In this document: positions 47,747 through 57,235 of the stretch, piece after piece
Position numbering within the stretch: the first letter of the stretch is position 1
Layout: each line of letters opens with the position of its first letter
Assembly: GCA_947469485.1 (NCBI GenBank)
Contig: CANIPU010000004.1
Location: 27,537 to 91,536, forward strand
Length of the DNA stretch: 64,000 nucleotides
Origin: Chitinophagaceae bacterium
Lineage (GTDB): Bacteria > Bacteroidota > Bacteroidia > Chitinophagales > UBA10324
Reading direction: 5' to 3'
Position numbers and translations under genes: made by a program
Notes under the pieces: generated by a model
The model's input: the letters and a program-made list of their open reading frames with translations, nothing else
What the model was told of the DNA's origin: nothing
The model's database searches: none

Positions 47747-48340
47747 TTATTCTTTCACAACTCTCACAACTTTCACTACATCCATATCATTTCGGATTGC
47801 TACAAAATATATCCCATTGTAAAGACCTGAAAAGTCCAGTGTGTTAATACTTCCTTCTGAAAGATCGATTTGTAAAACAGTTTGTCCAACTATGTTTTTT
47901 ACATCAGCTATAAGCGATTTTCCAGATGATGGTAAACTTATTTTCAAAAAATTATGAACTGCTGTAGGATAAATTAATATTTCGCTTTGTGCAGTCTTAT
48001 TTAGAGTTCCTGTTGAACCTGTGCTGGCTTTTACCTGGCCGGTAAATAAGTGTACCGAACAACGAAAATTGTAATCACCTGCAACTGATAAAATATAAAT
48101 AAAAGAAGTGCCACTGGTAACATTAAAAGTATTGGCGCCGGATGGAACAGATGTTGATTCCAAGGGGTGAAAACCGAAATCACCGCCCCAGATTACGGTA
48201 TCACCAACATTGGCAAGTACCACACTCGGGCTGTATGCCATGCCAATTGAACCTCCGAATTGAATCAAATGCGAGGTTGCAAAAGCTCCATAGCTTAAAA
48301 ACACAATTGAAAAAAGAAGTGTAATTTTTGATTTCATCAA
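47747..48340 (-). CDS. T9SS-exported cupredoxin (plastocyanin/pseudoazurin-like blue copper protein) with a type A CTD
   Basis: 197 aa with signal peptide MMKSKITLLFSIVFLSYGAFA. The cupredoxin layout is VGDTVIW..., a His in GFHPLE, and the C-terminal ligand loop YNFRCSVHLFTGQ (Cys-x2-His-x4-Gln, 48061-48035). The CTD reads LIYPTAVHNFLKISL...VKNIVGQTV...GIYFVAI. Confidence 0.65.
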   Translation of the reverse strand: MMKSKITLLFSIVFLSYGAFATSHLIQFGGSIGMAYSPSVVLANVGDTVIWGGDFGFHPLESTSVPSGANTFNVTSGTSFIYILSVAGDYNFRCSVHLFTGQVKASTGSTGTLNKTAQSEILIYPTAVHNFLKISLPSSGKSLIADVKNIVGQTVLQIDLSEGSINTLDFSGLYNGIYFVAIRNDMDVVKVVRVVKE

Positions 48341-48553
48341 AAGTTTTATTAAAACGAATTTATGATACGCAATTGTGTTATTAAAAGTTTCTCTCGTTGA
48401 ATATTCAATTTTGAATTATAGCCTGTCTACAATTTAAATCATTTTGCAACGACTCTTTTTTGGAGTTGTTTAAATGTGATATAAGTCATTCAGATATTGT
48501 TCTTCAGGTTTTTACTTTGATAAAACAAAGGGCATTTCGAGAATTTAATAATC

Positions 48554-49288
48554 ATGCTAAGGTGTTTTATAATTTGTCTAATATCTTTTTCCTTTTTTCA
48601 ATCTTGTGAGAAAGGAAGTATAAAGCCTCATGTCTTAAAAGTTAAAACCGGAAATATTAATATTAAAATTGATTACGAAATTGATAATATGCCCCTCGAA
48701 GAAATGGCGATGATTTATACCACACCAAACGGGTATCCGTTTTCTGTCTGGAAAATACAATATATCGTTTCTGATTTTAAATTCTATAATTCCTCGGGAG
48801 TTTGGAAGGATTCTGGTTTTTATTTTCTGGATTCACAGGACACCAGCAAAAATTTAATTTCCATTCATGGAATTCCGGTTGGGTTTTACAATGGTTTTTC
48901 ATTTTTAATAGGAATAAAGCCTGAAAACAATATTCATAATGTACTACCAGCAACAAACGATTTTCAGGGTATGTTCTGGCCCGAAATGATGGGTGGTGGC
49001 TATCACTTCATTAAACTGGAAGGGAGATATTCTGTTGGAGGTGTAGAAAAAGGCTATGCCATGCACATAGGTGAAAATGGATTTTCAATTCCGATAACAA
49101 TGAATAAGAACTTTCAAATAAATAATAAAATTCCAACGAAAGATTTTCAAATGATAATGAATATCAATGAATGGTTTCGCAATCCAGTCATTTATGATTT
49201 TGAAACCGACGGTGAATCTATAATGGGTGACTCTGCTGCAATGAGAAAGATTGCAAAAAATGGAAGTGATGTTTTTTCAATAAACTAA
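48554..49288 (+). CDS. MbnP-like lipoprotein (partner of a di-haem MbnH/MauG-type peroxidase)
   Basis: 244 aa with lipobox SFFQSC. The two-domain beta-rich pattern includes IQYIVSDFKFYNSSG, which resembles the (L/I)xFY(L/V)S motif I associate with MbnP-family proteins. It lies 2 nt upstream of a di-haem cytochrome c peroxidase gene, the defining MbnP-MbnH arrangement. I could not verify the family assignment without an HMM search. Confidence 0.45.
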   Translation: MLRCFIICLISFSFFQSCEKGSIKPHVLKVKTGNINIKIDYEIDNMPLEEMAMIYTTPNGYPFSVWKIQYIVSDFKFYNSSGVWKDSGFYFLDSQDTSKNLISIHGIPVGFYNGFSFLIGIKPENNIHNVLPATNDFQGMFWPEMMGGGYHFIKLEGRYSVGGVEKGYAMHIGENGFSIPITMNKNFQINNKIPTKDFQMIMNINEWFRNPVIYDFETDGESIMGDSAAMRKIAKNGSDVFSIN

Positions 49289-49290
49289 TT

Positions 49291-50316
49291 ATGAAAAAGG
49301 TTTTTTATTTTCTTTTGATAGTTCCGGTTTTTATGGTTGGGAATAATGCTTGTAAAAAGAAAACTGATAAACCAATAACTAAGCTGGATACCGCTGTTTA
49401 TAATCCAACAGCTTATCACTTTGTAAATCCTTATGATTTTCCATACATGCAATTCAGCTCAGCCAATCCTCTGACAATAGAAGGGATCAGACTTGGGCGA
49501 ATGCTTTACTATGATAACATCATTGACAAGGACCAATCTCGTTCTTGCAGTTCGTGTCATCTTCAGGAAAATGCATTCAGCAAACCCGGAAATATTATGC
49601 CACATATCAATATTGGTTACAGTTCTTATTTTTTATGGAATGGTGGGGTGAGTGGGACGCTGGAAGATGCAATGAAATTTGAAGTGGAAGAATTTTTTGA
49701 AACGAATGTTTCATATTTAATCAGCAATGCAGATTTTCAGTATTATTTCTTTAAAGCCTTCGGCACCAAACAAATTACTTCGCAACAGGTTGCATATGCA
49801 TTGGCGCAATTCATAAGAACTCTTGTTAGCGGAAATTCAAAATTCGATAAATTCATGCGCGAAGAAGTGTCGCTTACGCAGCAAGAAATGAATGGCTTTA
49901 ATCTTTTTTATTCAGAAGCAGCTGATTGTTTCCATTGCCATGGGGTAATGTTGTTTACTGACCAGAATTTTCACAACACAGGATTAGATACTGTTTTTAC
50001 TTATGAAAATGAAGGAAGATATGCTGTAACAGGAAATCCTATGGACAAAGGAAAATTTAAAACACCAACTCTTCGCAACATTGAACTCACCGGACCTTAT
50101 ATGCACGATGGTCGGTTTAATTCTTTGGAAGAGGTAATTGATTTTTACAATGCTCCAACTGTAATGACTGCGACATTAGATCCCATTATGTCGAAGCCAG
50201 GGCATTTAATTGGATTGAATTTATCTGATTATCAAAAGCAAAGTCTAATTGCTTTTTTGAAAACACTTACAGATACTTCCTTTACAAGCAATACTGACTT
50301 TGCTAATCCATTCTGA
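49291..50316 (+). CDS. di-haem cytochrome c peroxidase family protein (CCP/MauG/MbnH-like)
   Basis: 341 aa. Two haem c motifs, CSSCH and CFHCH. Family motifs [38 protein letters not shown] and LEEVIDFYN. Confidence 0.88.
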   Translation: MKKVFYFLLIVPVFMVGNNACKKKTDKPITKLDTAVYNPTAYHFVNPYDFPYMQFSSANPLTIEGIRLGRMLYYDNIIDKDQSRSCSSCHLQENAFSKPGNIMPHINIGYSSYFLWNGGVSGTLEDAMKFEVEEFFETNVSYLISNADFQYYFFKAFGTKQITSQQVAYALAQFIRTLVSGNSKFDKFMREEVSLTQQEMNGFNLFYSEAADCFHCHGVMLFTDQNFHNTGLDTVFTYENEGRYAVTGNPMDKGKFKTPTLRNIELTGPYMHDGRFNSLEEVIDFYNAPTVMTATLDPIMSKPGHLIGLNLSDYQKQSLIAFLKTLTDTSFTSNTDFANPF

Positions 50317-50342
50317 ATTTATTTTCGGAAGAAAATAAATTC
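50315..50342 (+). terminator. perfect 12-bp AT-rich hairpin overlapping the stop codon of the peroxidase gene
   Basis: GAATTTATTTTC, loop GGAA, GAAAATAAATTC, followed by T-rich sequence. The stem is AT-rich, so its stability is modest. Confidence 0.45.
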
Positions 50343-50384
50343 CATTCTTCAGTTTTCTTTCCTTTGTGTGGAAATAGTAAAAGA

Positions 50385-52007
50385 ATGAAAATATCGGGGC
50401 AATTAGTTGATATACATAATCGGGAAATATTTCCTGCTGAAATAATAATTGACAACAATAAAATTGTTTCCATTATAAAGGTTGATATTGCTGGTGAGAA
50501 ATTTATACTCCCCGGATTTATTGATGCGCATATTCATATTGAAAGCAGTATGCTCATTCCATCGGAGTTCGCACGACTTGCAGTTGTTCATGGATCAGTT
50601 GCAACTGTGAGCGACCCTCATGAGATTGCCAATGTGATGGGAGTGGAAGGAGTGGAGTACATGATTGAAAACGGAAACAAAGTTCCGTTCTGGTTCAACT
50701 TCGGAGCGCCATCATGTGTGCCTGCAACCAATTTCGAAACTGCGGGTGCAACTATTGATTCTAACGCAGTGGCGCATCTGTTACAGCGCAACGAAATAAA
50801 GTATCTCTCCGAAATGATGAACTGGCCGGGCGTTTTGTTTGATGATGAAGAAGTGAAAAAGAAAATTGCGGCAGCACACAAACTAAACAAACCTGTTGAT
50901 GGTCATGCGCCGGGGTTAACAGGTGAACAAGCACTGAAATATATCAGTTCAGGAATCAGCACCGACCACGAATGCTTTACTTATGAAGAAGGAAAATTCA
51001 AAGCAGAACACGGAATGAAAATTCTGATTCGCGAAGGAAGTGCTGCGAAAAATTTTGATGCGCTGATTCCTTTGCTGAACGAATTTCCGGAACTCATTAT
51101 GTTTTGTTCTGATGATAAACATCCGAATGATTTAGTGGTGAGTCACATTAGCGAATTGGTGAGTCGTGCAGTGAAGAAAGGATTTGATTTATTTGATGTA
51201 TTGCGAGCGGCTTGTTTAAATGCACACACACATTACCATCTTGATCATGGATTGTTGCGGGAAGGAGACAGCGCTGATTTTATTGTGGTGGATGATCTGA
51301 AAAACTTTAAAGTGCATCAGACTTTTATTCAGGGAAAGCTAGTTGCTGAAAATGGAAAATCATTTATTGATTCAGTTCCGGAAAAAATCATTAACAATTT
51401 TAATTGCACTGAAAAGCAACCGGAGGATTTTAAACTGAAATCAAACGGAAATAAAAATATAAGAGTGATAGAAGCACTCGAAGGGCAGTTGATTACAAAT
51501 GAATTGATGTTGCCTGCAAAAATTGAAAATGGATTTTTAGTGAGCGATGCGGAACAAGATATTTTAAAACTCACAGTTATTAATCGTTATAATGATGCGC
51601 CTCCGGCAGTAGCATTCATAAAAAATTTCGGATTAAAACAAGGAGCAATAGCCAGTTGTGTGGGTCACGATTCGCACAATATTATTTGTGTAGGAGTGGA
51701 TGATGAATCTATTTGCCGAGCAGTTAATCTCATTATAAAATCAAAAGGTGGTTTATCTGCTACTGATCGAAAAAGTGATAAATTTTTACCACTACCTGTT
51801 GCAGGCATCATGACCAATGCTGATTCATATGATGTGGCTGAAAATTATTCTTCCATTGATGCATTCGCCAAACAACTTGGTGCAAAATTGCATGCGCCAT
51901 ACATGACTCTTTCATTCATGGCATTGCTCGTGATACCTGATTTGAAACTGAGCGATAAAGGTTTGTTCAGCGGGAAGAGGTTTGAGTTTGTGGGGGTGGA
52001 GGCATAA
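50385..52007 (+). CDS. ade: adenine deaminase
   Basis: I chose the ATG at 50385 ([16 protein letters not shown]...); the track starts at a TTG 21 nt upstream. Amidohydrolase metal motif [11 protein letters not shown], then [21 protein letters not shown] and a typical Ade C-terminal domain. Confidence 0.88.
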   Translation: MKISGQLVDIHNREIFPAEIIIDNNKIVSIIKVDIAGEKFILPGFIDAHIHIESSMLIPSEFARLAVVHGSVATVSDPHEIANVMGVEGVEYMIENGNKVPFWFNFGAPSCVPATNFETAGATIDSNAVAHLLQRNEIKYLSEMMNWPGVLFDDEEVKKKIAAAHKLNKPVDGHAPGLTGEQALKYISSGISTDHECFTYEEGKFKAEHGMKILIREGSAAKNFDALIPLLNEFPELIMFCSDDKHPNDLVVSHISELVSRAVKKGFDLFDVLRAACLNAHTHYHLDHGLLREGDSADFIVVDDLKNFKVHQTFIQGKLVAENGKSFIDSVPEKIINNFNCTEKQPEDFKLKSNGNKNIRVIEALEGQLITNELMLPAKIENGFLVSDAEQDILKLTVINRYNDAPPAVAFIKNFGLKQGAIASCVGHDSHNIICVGVDDESICRAVNLIIKSKGGLSATDRKSDKFLPLPVAGIMTNADSYDVAENYSSIDAFAKQLGAKLHAPYMTLSFMALLVIPDLKLSDKGLFSGKRFEFVGVEA

Positions 52008-52063
52008 TATCTATTGTAAACTGAACGAATACAGTTTTTAAGAAAATTTTCTGTGTTTTTATT

Positions 52064-52087
52064 AACCTTCACAGTTAAGGTTTTTTA
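52064..52087 (+). terminator. weak rho-independent terminator downstream of ade
   Basis: AACCTT, 7-nt loop, AAGGTT, followed by TTTTAT. A second weak candidate (AAACTG...CAGTTT + TTT) lies at 52018-52040. Confidence 0.35.
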
Positions 52088-52216
52088 TCGTTGAAGGCAT
52101 ATGCTTTTAATTATTATACCAAATCGGTTAATAACTAAATGCACCACGATATTAATTTTTGGATTTATAAAAATCCTCAAAATTTTGCCACCAAAGCAAT
52201 TTGATGTATCGAATCG

Positions 52217-52320
52217 CCTCCGTGGCTGCCACGGAGGTAATATGATGTATCCACTTACTTCCGTGGCCACCACGGAAGCAAGTGGATGTGTCAGATGCAC
52301 ATCATTGACATCCACGGAGG
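52217..52320. repeat. cluster of GC-rich palindromic hairpins built on the motif C(C/T)TCCGTGG / CCACGGA(G/A)G
   Basis: CCTCCGTGGC-T-GCCACGGAGG is at 52217-52237. CCACTT-A-CTTCCGTGG-CCA-CCACGGAAG-C-AAGTGG is at 52251-52285. GATGTG-N7-CACATC is at 52285-52303. An isolated half-site TCCACGGAGG is at 52311-52320. Both full hairpins are preceded by TGATGTATC. Confidence 0.7.
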
Positions 52321-52641
52321 TCATCGGAAGCATTGTATGAACATGTTTGACTTACTTGGAAGCAATCAGATGCATGGATTTGCTTCGGTAGCTAAACTTT
52401 CTATGGAATTAATACTTCAAATCATTAAAATGGAAGTGAATTTTCAGCCATTCAAATTCCAACAGGTTTCGATTTCGATCAAATCTTTCTTATTCATACA
52501 ATTTGTAAATTCATGTTTTGCCTTTTTCAAAGAAGTTAAACTGGTTTGTGAAAAGGAAAGAATCCTGAGTTTGTTTCTGTTTTTGAATAGTTCAACAATT
52601 ATTTGTTAACAGAATACTTAATGGCTCTTTAGCATAAATGT

Positions 52642-54873
52642 ATGTTTGCCTCAATGCCACGCTTATTTTTATTTCTGTCGTTATTTATTTCTGTTTCAGT
52701 AACAGCTCAAACTATTCAGGAGAAATATGTAATTCACATTCATCATGTAACTGCACCAATAAAAGTTGACGGTATTATTGATGAAGTGGATTGGCAACTG
52801 GCCGATGTGGCTAAAAGTTTTTTCGCCATTCTTCCTTACGATACTTCTTTTTCAAAAAGCCATACCGAGTGCCGCGTTACTTACGATGATAATTTCTTTT
52901 ATGTAAGCGCAGTATGCTATGATGAGTTAAAAGGTAATTATGTTATTCAATCATTGCGGCGCGATTTTTCTTTTCCTGTTACCGATGCTTTTGCAGTGGT
53001 ACTCGATCCGTTTTTAGATAAAAGCAATGGATTTAATTTCGGTGTAAACCCATACAATGTTCAACGCGAAGGCAGCATTGATAACGGAGGCGGGTTTGGT
53101 GTTAGTACCGACTGGAATGTGAAATGGGTTTCGGAAACAAAGGTGGAAGAAGGTAAATGGGTGTGCGAAATTGCCATTCCTTTTAACAGCCTCCGCTTTA
53201 AACCCAATTCCGATAAGTGGTTCATTAATTTTATACGAAACGATTTAAAGCGCAATGAACTTTCGTCATGGGTTCCGGTTCCGAGAACTTTTAACCCGAG
53301 TTCACTTGCATTTACCGGCACATTGATCTGGGACAAACCTCTGGCTAAGGCAGGAACAAATATTTCAATTATTCCTTATGGCATCAGTTCATTCAACACA
53401 ACCGCTGCTGATGGAAACGAAATAAAAACAACTCCGAACGCAGGGCTTGATGCAAAAGTTGGAGTGAGCAGTTCGCTGAATTTAGATCTGACTATAAACC
53501 CTGATTTCAGTCAGGTGGAAGTGGATGCACAGCAAACAAATCTTACACGATTCAATTTATTTTATCCTGAAAAGAGAAATTTTTTTATTGAAAACAGTGA
53601 TTTATTTGGTCAGTTCGGATTTCGGCAAATCAGGCCTTTCTTCTCCCGGAATATTGGATTAAGCAGTGGGAATGTAGTACCTATTCAGGGAGGTGTTCGG
53701 TTAAGCGGCAAACTAACTCCCAACAACAGAATTGGTGTGCTGAGTATTCAAACTGCTGATGATTCTATTGGTGGTAATGCCATTAGCGGTCAGAATTATT
53801 CAGTACTTGCTTATCAACGAAAAATTTTTTCCCGTTCGAATATTGCAGTAATAGGAGTGAACCGTCAGGCATTCAATCACTTTGAACTTGAGAAAAAAGA
53901 TTACAACAGAATAGGTGGCTTACAATACAACCTTGCATCTGCTAACAATAAACTGGTGGGCTTTGCTTTTTTCATGTATTCGAACAACACAGTAAGCGGT
54001 TTCAGGGCTTATTCTCATGCAGCTTTCTGGCAATACAACATTACCAAGTGGACTTTTACTTATAATCATGAGTATGTAGGAAAAAATTTTATTGCCGATG
54101 TTGGATTTGTTCCACGAATAAATAATTATGATGCTGCAACTAAAAAAGTAATCAGAAATTCATACTGGAGATTGGAACCGGTTATTACAAGGCGATTCTT
54201 CCCTACAGGAAGCTTGAAAAAAAGTGTGAATAATTTTTCAGTTCAGCTATATAGCAGCGATTACTTTAATGAAGAGTACAAGCCAACTGAATTGTATCAG
54301 GAAATAGTTTTGCAAACTAACTTTCAGAATAGTGCTTTGTTCGAAGTGGATTTAGATAACACCGATTTGGATTTGCAATATGCAACCTCATTGAATCCGA
54401 AGGACACACTTTACTTTCTTCCCGGAAAATATAATTATCAAAGCGTTGCATTGAAGTTTAATTCAAACCTACGGAAAGTATTTAATTGCAATTTATATGG
54501 GCAGTACGGTTCATTTTATTCCGGAAACAAGCTGACTTTTAATTCCTCATTTACTTATCGTTTTCAACCTTATGCAAATGTTTCTTTAACACTTAATTAT
54601 AACCAGGTTGATTTGCCATCACCATTCCAGGATTTCAATTTGTTTTTGATTGGTCCGAAAATCGAATTAACTTTCACTCACAACTTGTTTTTCACCACAT
54701 TTCTTCAATACAATACTCAGATTGAAAACTTTAATGTCAATTGTCGCTTTCAATGGCGCTTTAAACCATTAAGTGATTTTTATCTGGTGTACGGAGATAA
54801 TTATGATACAAATACATTGGATAATAAAAATCGAACCTTGGTTTTAAAATTTACTTACTGGTTTACCATATAA
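52642..54873 (+). CDS. DUF5916-like outer-membrane-type protein with an N-terminal CBM9-like domain
   Basis: 743 aa with signal peptide ...RLFLFLSLFISVSVTAQ. The N-terminal PIKVDGIIDEVDW...FYVSAVCYD pattern is that of CBM9-like modules. A long C-terminal region has alternating beta-strand character and ends in ...LKFTYWFTI. A TAnnTTTG box (TATGTTTG, 52641-52648) overlaps the first ATG, so the second Met (52654, MPRLFLF...) may be the real, near-leaderless start. Confidence 0.6.
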   Translation: MFASMPRLFLFLSLFISVSVTAQTIQEKYVIHIHHVTAPIKVDGIIDEVDWQLADVAKSFFAILPYDTSFSKSHTECRVTYDDNFFYVSAVCYDELKGNYVIQSLRRDFSFPVTDAFAVVLDPFLDKSNGFNFGVNPYNVQREGSIDNGGGFGVSTDWNVKWVSETKVEEGKWVCEIAIPFNSLRFKPNSDKWFINFIRNDLKRNELSSWVPVPRTFNPSSLAFTGTLIWDKPLAKAGTNISIIPYGISSFNTTAADGNEIKTTPNAGLDAKVGVSSSLNLDLTINPDFSQVEVDAQQTNLTRFNLFYPEKRNFFIENSDLFGQFGFRQIRPFFSRNIGLSSGNVVPIQGGVRLSGKLTPNNRIGVLSIQTADDSIGGNAISGQNYSVLAYQRKIFSRSNIAVIGVNRQAFNHFELEKKDYNRIGGLQYNLASANNKLVGFAFFMYSNNTVSGFRAYSHAAFWQYNITKWTFTYNHEYVGKNFIADVGFVPRINNYDAATKKVIRNSYWRLEPVITRRFFPTGSLKKSVNNFSVQLYSSDYFNEEYKPTELYQEIVLQTNFQNSALFEVDLDNTDLDLQYATSLNPKDTLYFLPGKYNYQSVALKFNSNLRKVFNCNLYGQYGSFYSGNKLTFNSSFTYRFQPYANVSLTLNYNQVDLPSPFQDFNLFLIGPKIELTFTHNLFFTTFLQYNTQIENFNVNCRFQWRFKPLSDFYLVYGDNYDTNTLDNKNRTLVLKFTYWFTI

Positions 54874-54875
54874 AA

Positions 54876-55538
54876 ATGATTAACAGAGAAAAAATGGATA
54901 CTTATCTCCACAAAGGGATGAGAATAAAATTAATAGAGTCAATTTCGAAAAGAGGAATTACTAATAAAAATGTGTTAGAAGCAATTAACCGTGTACCCAG
55001 GCATTTATATTTTTTTGATTCTGTTTTTTTAGAAAAGGCTTATGAGGATAAGGCCTTTCCAATAGGCGAGGGGCAAACTATTTCTCAGCCCTATACTGTT
55101 GCATATCAAACTTCACTGCTCGAAAAAGTAAAAGGTGAAAAAATACTGGAAGTAGGAACCGGTTCAGGTTACCAGGCTTCGGTGCTTTCTGAAATGGGCG
55201 CCAAAGTATTTACCATTGAAAGGCAAAAGAAATTATATGAGAAAACAAAGCCAATGCTTGCCGATTTAGGATACTCTAACATTAAATGTTTTTATGGCGA
55301 CGGTTTTGCCGGGTTACCAACTTTTGCTCCATTTGATAAAATTGTTGTTACCGCTGCTGCTCCTTTCATACCCGAACAGTTGTTAAAGCAGTTAAGGATA
55401 GGAGGCTGGTTAGTTATTCCTGTAGGTGAAAATGTTCAAAGCATGAAAAGAATAACCCGGGCATCGGAAGATAAATGGAACGAGGAAATTTTCGATAATT
55501 TCAAGTTTGTTCCAATGTTGAGTGGCAAAGCTGAATAA
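54876..55538 (+). CDS. pcm: protein-L-isoaspartate O-methyltransferase
   Basis: 220 aa. Motifs GQTISQPYTVA, the SAM-binding VLEVGTGSGYQA, and a PxxLxxQLxxGGxLVIPVG-like segment (PEQLLKQLRIGGWLVIPVG). Confidence 0.92.
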   Translation: MINREKMDTYLHKGMRIKLIESISKRGITNKNVLEAINRVPRHLYFFDSVFLEKAYEDKAFPIGEGQTISQPYTVAYQTSLLEKVKGEKILEVGTGSGYQASVLSEMGAKVFTIERQKKLYEKTKPMLADLGYSNIKCFYGDGFAGLPTFAPFDKIVVTAAAPFIPEQLLKQLRIGGWLVIPVGENVQSMKRITRASEDKWNEEIFDNFKFVPMLSGKAE

Positions 55539-55652
55539 AATAATTTACTGATTTTAATAGAAGTTTTAAAGCTTATGCAACCATTTATTTAGGTTTTGTG
55601 TCTAAATAAAGTTTTCGATTATATTTGCCCACAATTCAAAAAGAAAAATAAC

Positions 55653-56276
55653 ATGAAGAAAATCCTTTTAATCGTTTTGGCACTTGTTACTGCCGGCGAA
55701 ATTTTTTACGGTTGCAAGAAAGGACCTGAAGATCCACTTCTTTCTCTCCGTTCAAGAAAGCACCGTGTAACCGGACTTTGGCAGGTTTGCTCTTATCGGA
55801 TTAATGATGCTGACTCCTTAATTGATAATATTTCAAAATTTGATACTGCTTCAATTCCTTACGGTTGTCTTGGTAAAATGACTTACACCAGAAAAAAGAC
55901 TTATATAATGGAATTTGATGATAATGGCCTTTATATATTCAGAAACACATTCTTATGGACTGTAAGTCGTGATTGGAATGTAAATACTCCACAATGTACC
56001 GATTCAAGCGAATATGTTTGGAAAGATACGACCTATCTGACAAAAGGTCTTTGGACTTTAGCCGGAGGAGTTGGTGACTATCGCAATAAAGAATTGCTTC
56101 AATTAACTGATGGGGTAGACCAGGTTACCGGTCAATCTTATGAATTGGTAGAAGTAAGAGAGAAAGAATTAAAGTTCAGACAATCTGTTACAGACCAATT
56201 AACCGGAACTGTTACAAAATGGGAATGGACATTATGCCCATATGCTGACAGCACAGGAAGTAACGGAAATCAATAA
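55653..56276 (+). CDS. hypothetical lipoprotein
   Basis: I chose the ATG at 55653 (MKKILLIVLALVTAGEIFYGC lipobox). The track ORF starts at a TTG 57 nt upstream. No recognised domain. Confidence 0.55.
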   Translation: MKKILLIVLALVTAGEIFYGCKKGPEDPLLSLRSRKHRVTGLWQVCSYRINDADSLIDNISKFDTASIPYGCLGKMTYTRKKTYIMEFDDNGLYIFRNTFLWTVSRDWNVNTPQCTDSSEYVWKDTTYLTKGLWTLAGGVGDYRNKELLQLTDGVDQVTGQSYELVEVREKELKFRQSVTDQLTGTVTKWEWTLCPYADSTGSNGNQ

Positions 56277-56295
56277 AATTTAAGAAAAACATATT

Positions 56296-56341
56296 TTAAA
56301 AAACCCCGATTTGCATATGTGAATCGGGGTTTTGTTTTTTT
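56296..56341. terminator. bidirectional rho-independent terminator (lipoprotein gene / smpB)
   Basis: AACCCCGATT (56302-56311), 10-nt loop, AATCGGGGTT (56322-56331). It is flanked by AAAAAA upstream and TTTGTTTTTTTTT downstream. Confidence 0.85.
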
Positions 56342-56806
56342 TTACCGCTCCTTTAATGCCCGGTCAAGGTCTCGTTTTGAATCTTTCTTTTTTATAGAAT
56401 CTCTTTTGTCATGAACTTTCTTTCCACGAACCAATCCTATTTCCAATTTGGCAAACCCTCTTTCAGAAAAGAATAAATTGATAGGAATAATTGTAAAGCC
56501 TCTTTCTTTTACTTTGGCTTTTAATTTTTCAAGTTCCTTTTTCTTTAGTAAGAGTTTTCGAGGCCGCATTGGTTCATGATTAAAATGCGAGCCATTACTG
56601 TACTCTGAAATATTTAAATGCCGAACCCATAAATCATCTTTTTGAAAAGCGCAGAAAGCATCTCCCATGTTTGCTTTTCCTTCCCGTACACTTTTTACTT
56701 CAGTTCCGGTTAACATAATTCCGGCGATGTATTTATCCATCACTTCGTATTCGTAAAAAGCGCGCTTATTGTTTATTACAATGTTTTTAATTTTTACCTC
56801 ACTCAT
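56342..56806 (-). CDS. smpB: SsrA-binding protein SmpB
   Basis: 154 aa. INNKRAFYEYEV, GTEVKS(V/L)R, LxNxHISxY-like region (VRHLNISEY), RPRKLLL, and a basic C-terminal tail. Confidence 0.94.
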   Translation of the reverse strand: MSEVKIKNIVINNKRAFYEYEVMDKYIAGIMLTGTEVKSVREGKANMGDAFCAFQKDDLWVRHLNISEYSNGSHFNHEPMRPRKLLLKKKELEKLKAKVKERGFTIIPINLFFSERGFAKLEIGLVRGKKVHDKRDSIKKKDSKRDLDRALKER

Positions 56807-57195
56807 CAGATGCTGTTAAATATTCTTTCCAGTTTTTCTCTTTTCAAAATTTTTTGTGCGGTTTCTCCGCTGGCAATTATTCTGTTATTGCAGGTTGCTT
56901 CAAATTGGCAAATAATTTCGTTCTTATCAATTGACTTAATAATTCCAGTAAATAAAACTTCATCTCCAACTTTAACAGGCGAATGGTGAATTACATTAAC
57001 CATAGTGCCGATGCCTTCTTCATCTTCATCTTTCATTTCTAATACAAACAACCTGCAAACCCATTCTACTTCCCGTGTAATTGCATAAGTAGAATAAACA
57101 GCATGCAATTTCTCATTCGGAAAATTCACAGTGTCTTCATCTTTTACAATGTGACTGAATATTTTCTTATCTCCTGATTTAAATGGATTGCGCAT
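56806..57195 (-). CDS. hotdog-fold thioesterase (FlK/YbgC-like family)
   Basis: I chose the ATG at 57195 (MRNPFKSGDKK...); the track ORF extends 39 nt further. AVYSTYAITREVEWVCR...EGIGTMVNVIHHSPVKVGDEVLF...ASGETAQKIL shows the hotdog helix/strand pattern. Confidence 0.6.
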   Translation of the reverse strand: MRNPFKSGDKKIFSHIVKDEDTVNFPNEKLHAVYSTYAITREVEWVCRLFVLEMKDEDEEGIGTMVNVIHHSPVKVGDEVLFTGIIKSIDKNEIICQFEATCNNRIIASGETAQKILKREKLERIFNSI

Positions 57196-57235
57196 AATAA
57201 GACAAAGGTGATAAAAGAAATTCTTTGAGCACAAT

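Noticed and set aside
52217-52320. Possibility that the repeated palindromes are a CRISPR array
   Set aside because: There are only two full copies and one half copy, they are imperfect, and they are spaced by 13-25 nt rather than by ~30-nt unique spacers. No cas genes are present anywhere in the window.
52085-52609. Three short ORFs (82, 79 and 107 aa) in the ade to DUF5916 gap
   Set aside because: They overlap each other on both strands and are generated by the palindromic GC-rich hairpins, since a palindrome reads open in both directions. Their composition is implausible (for example ...LFLFLNSSTIIC). I treat the region as non-coding. A genuine micro-protein cannot be excluded without conservation data.
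56277-56341. Search for a tmRNA (ssrA) gene next to smpB
   Set aside because: The spacer holds only a terminator hairpin. I saw no tRNA-Ala-like acceptor/T-arm or GGGGCUGA-type 5' end in the smpB flanks or elsewhere in the window.
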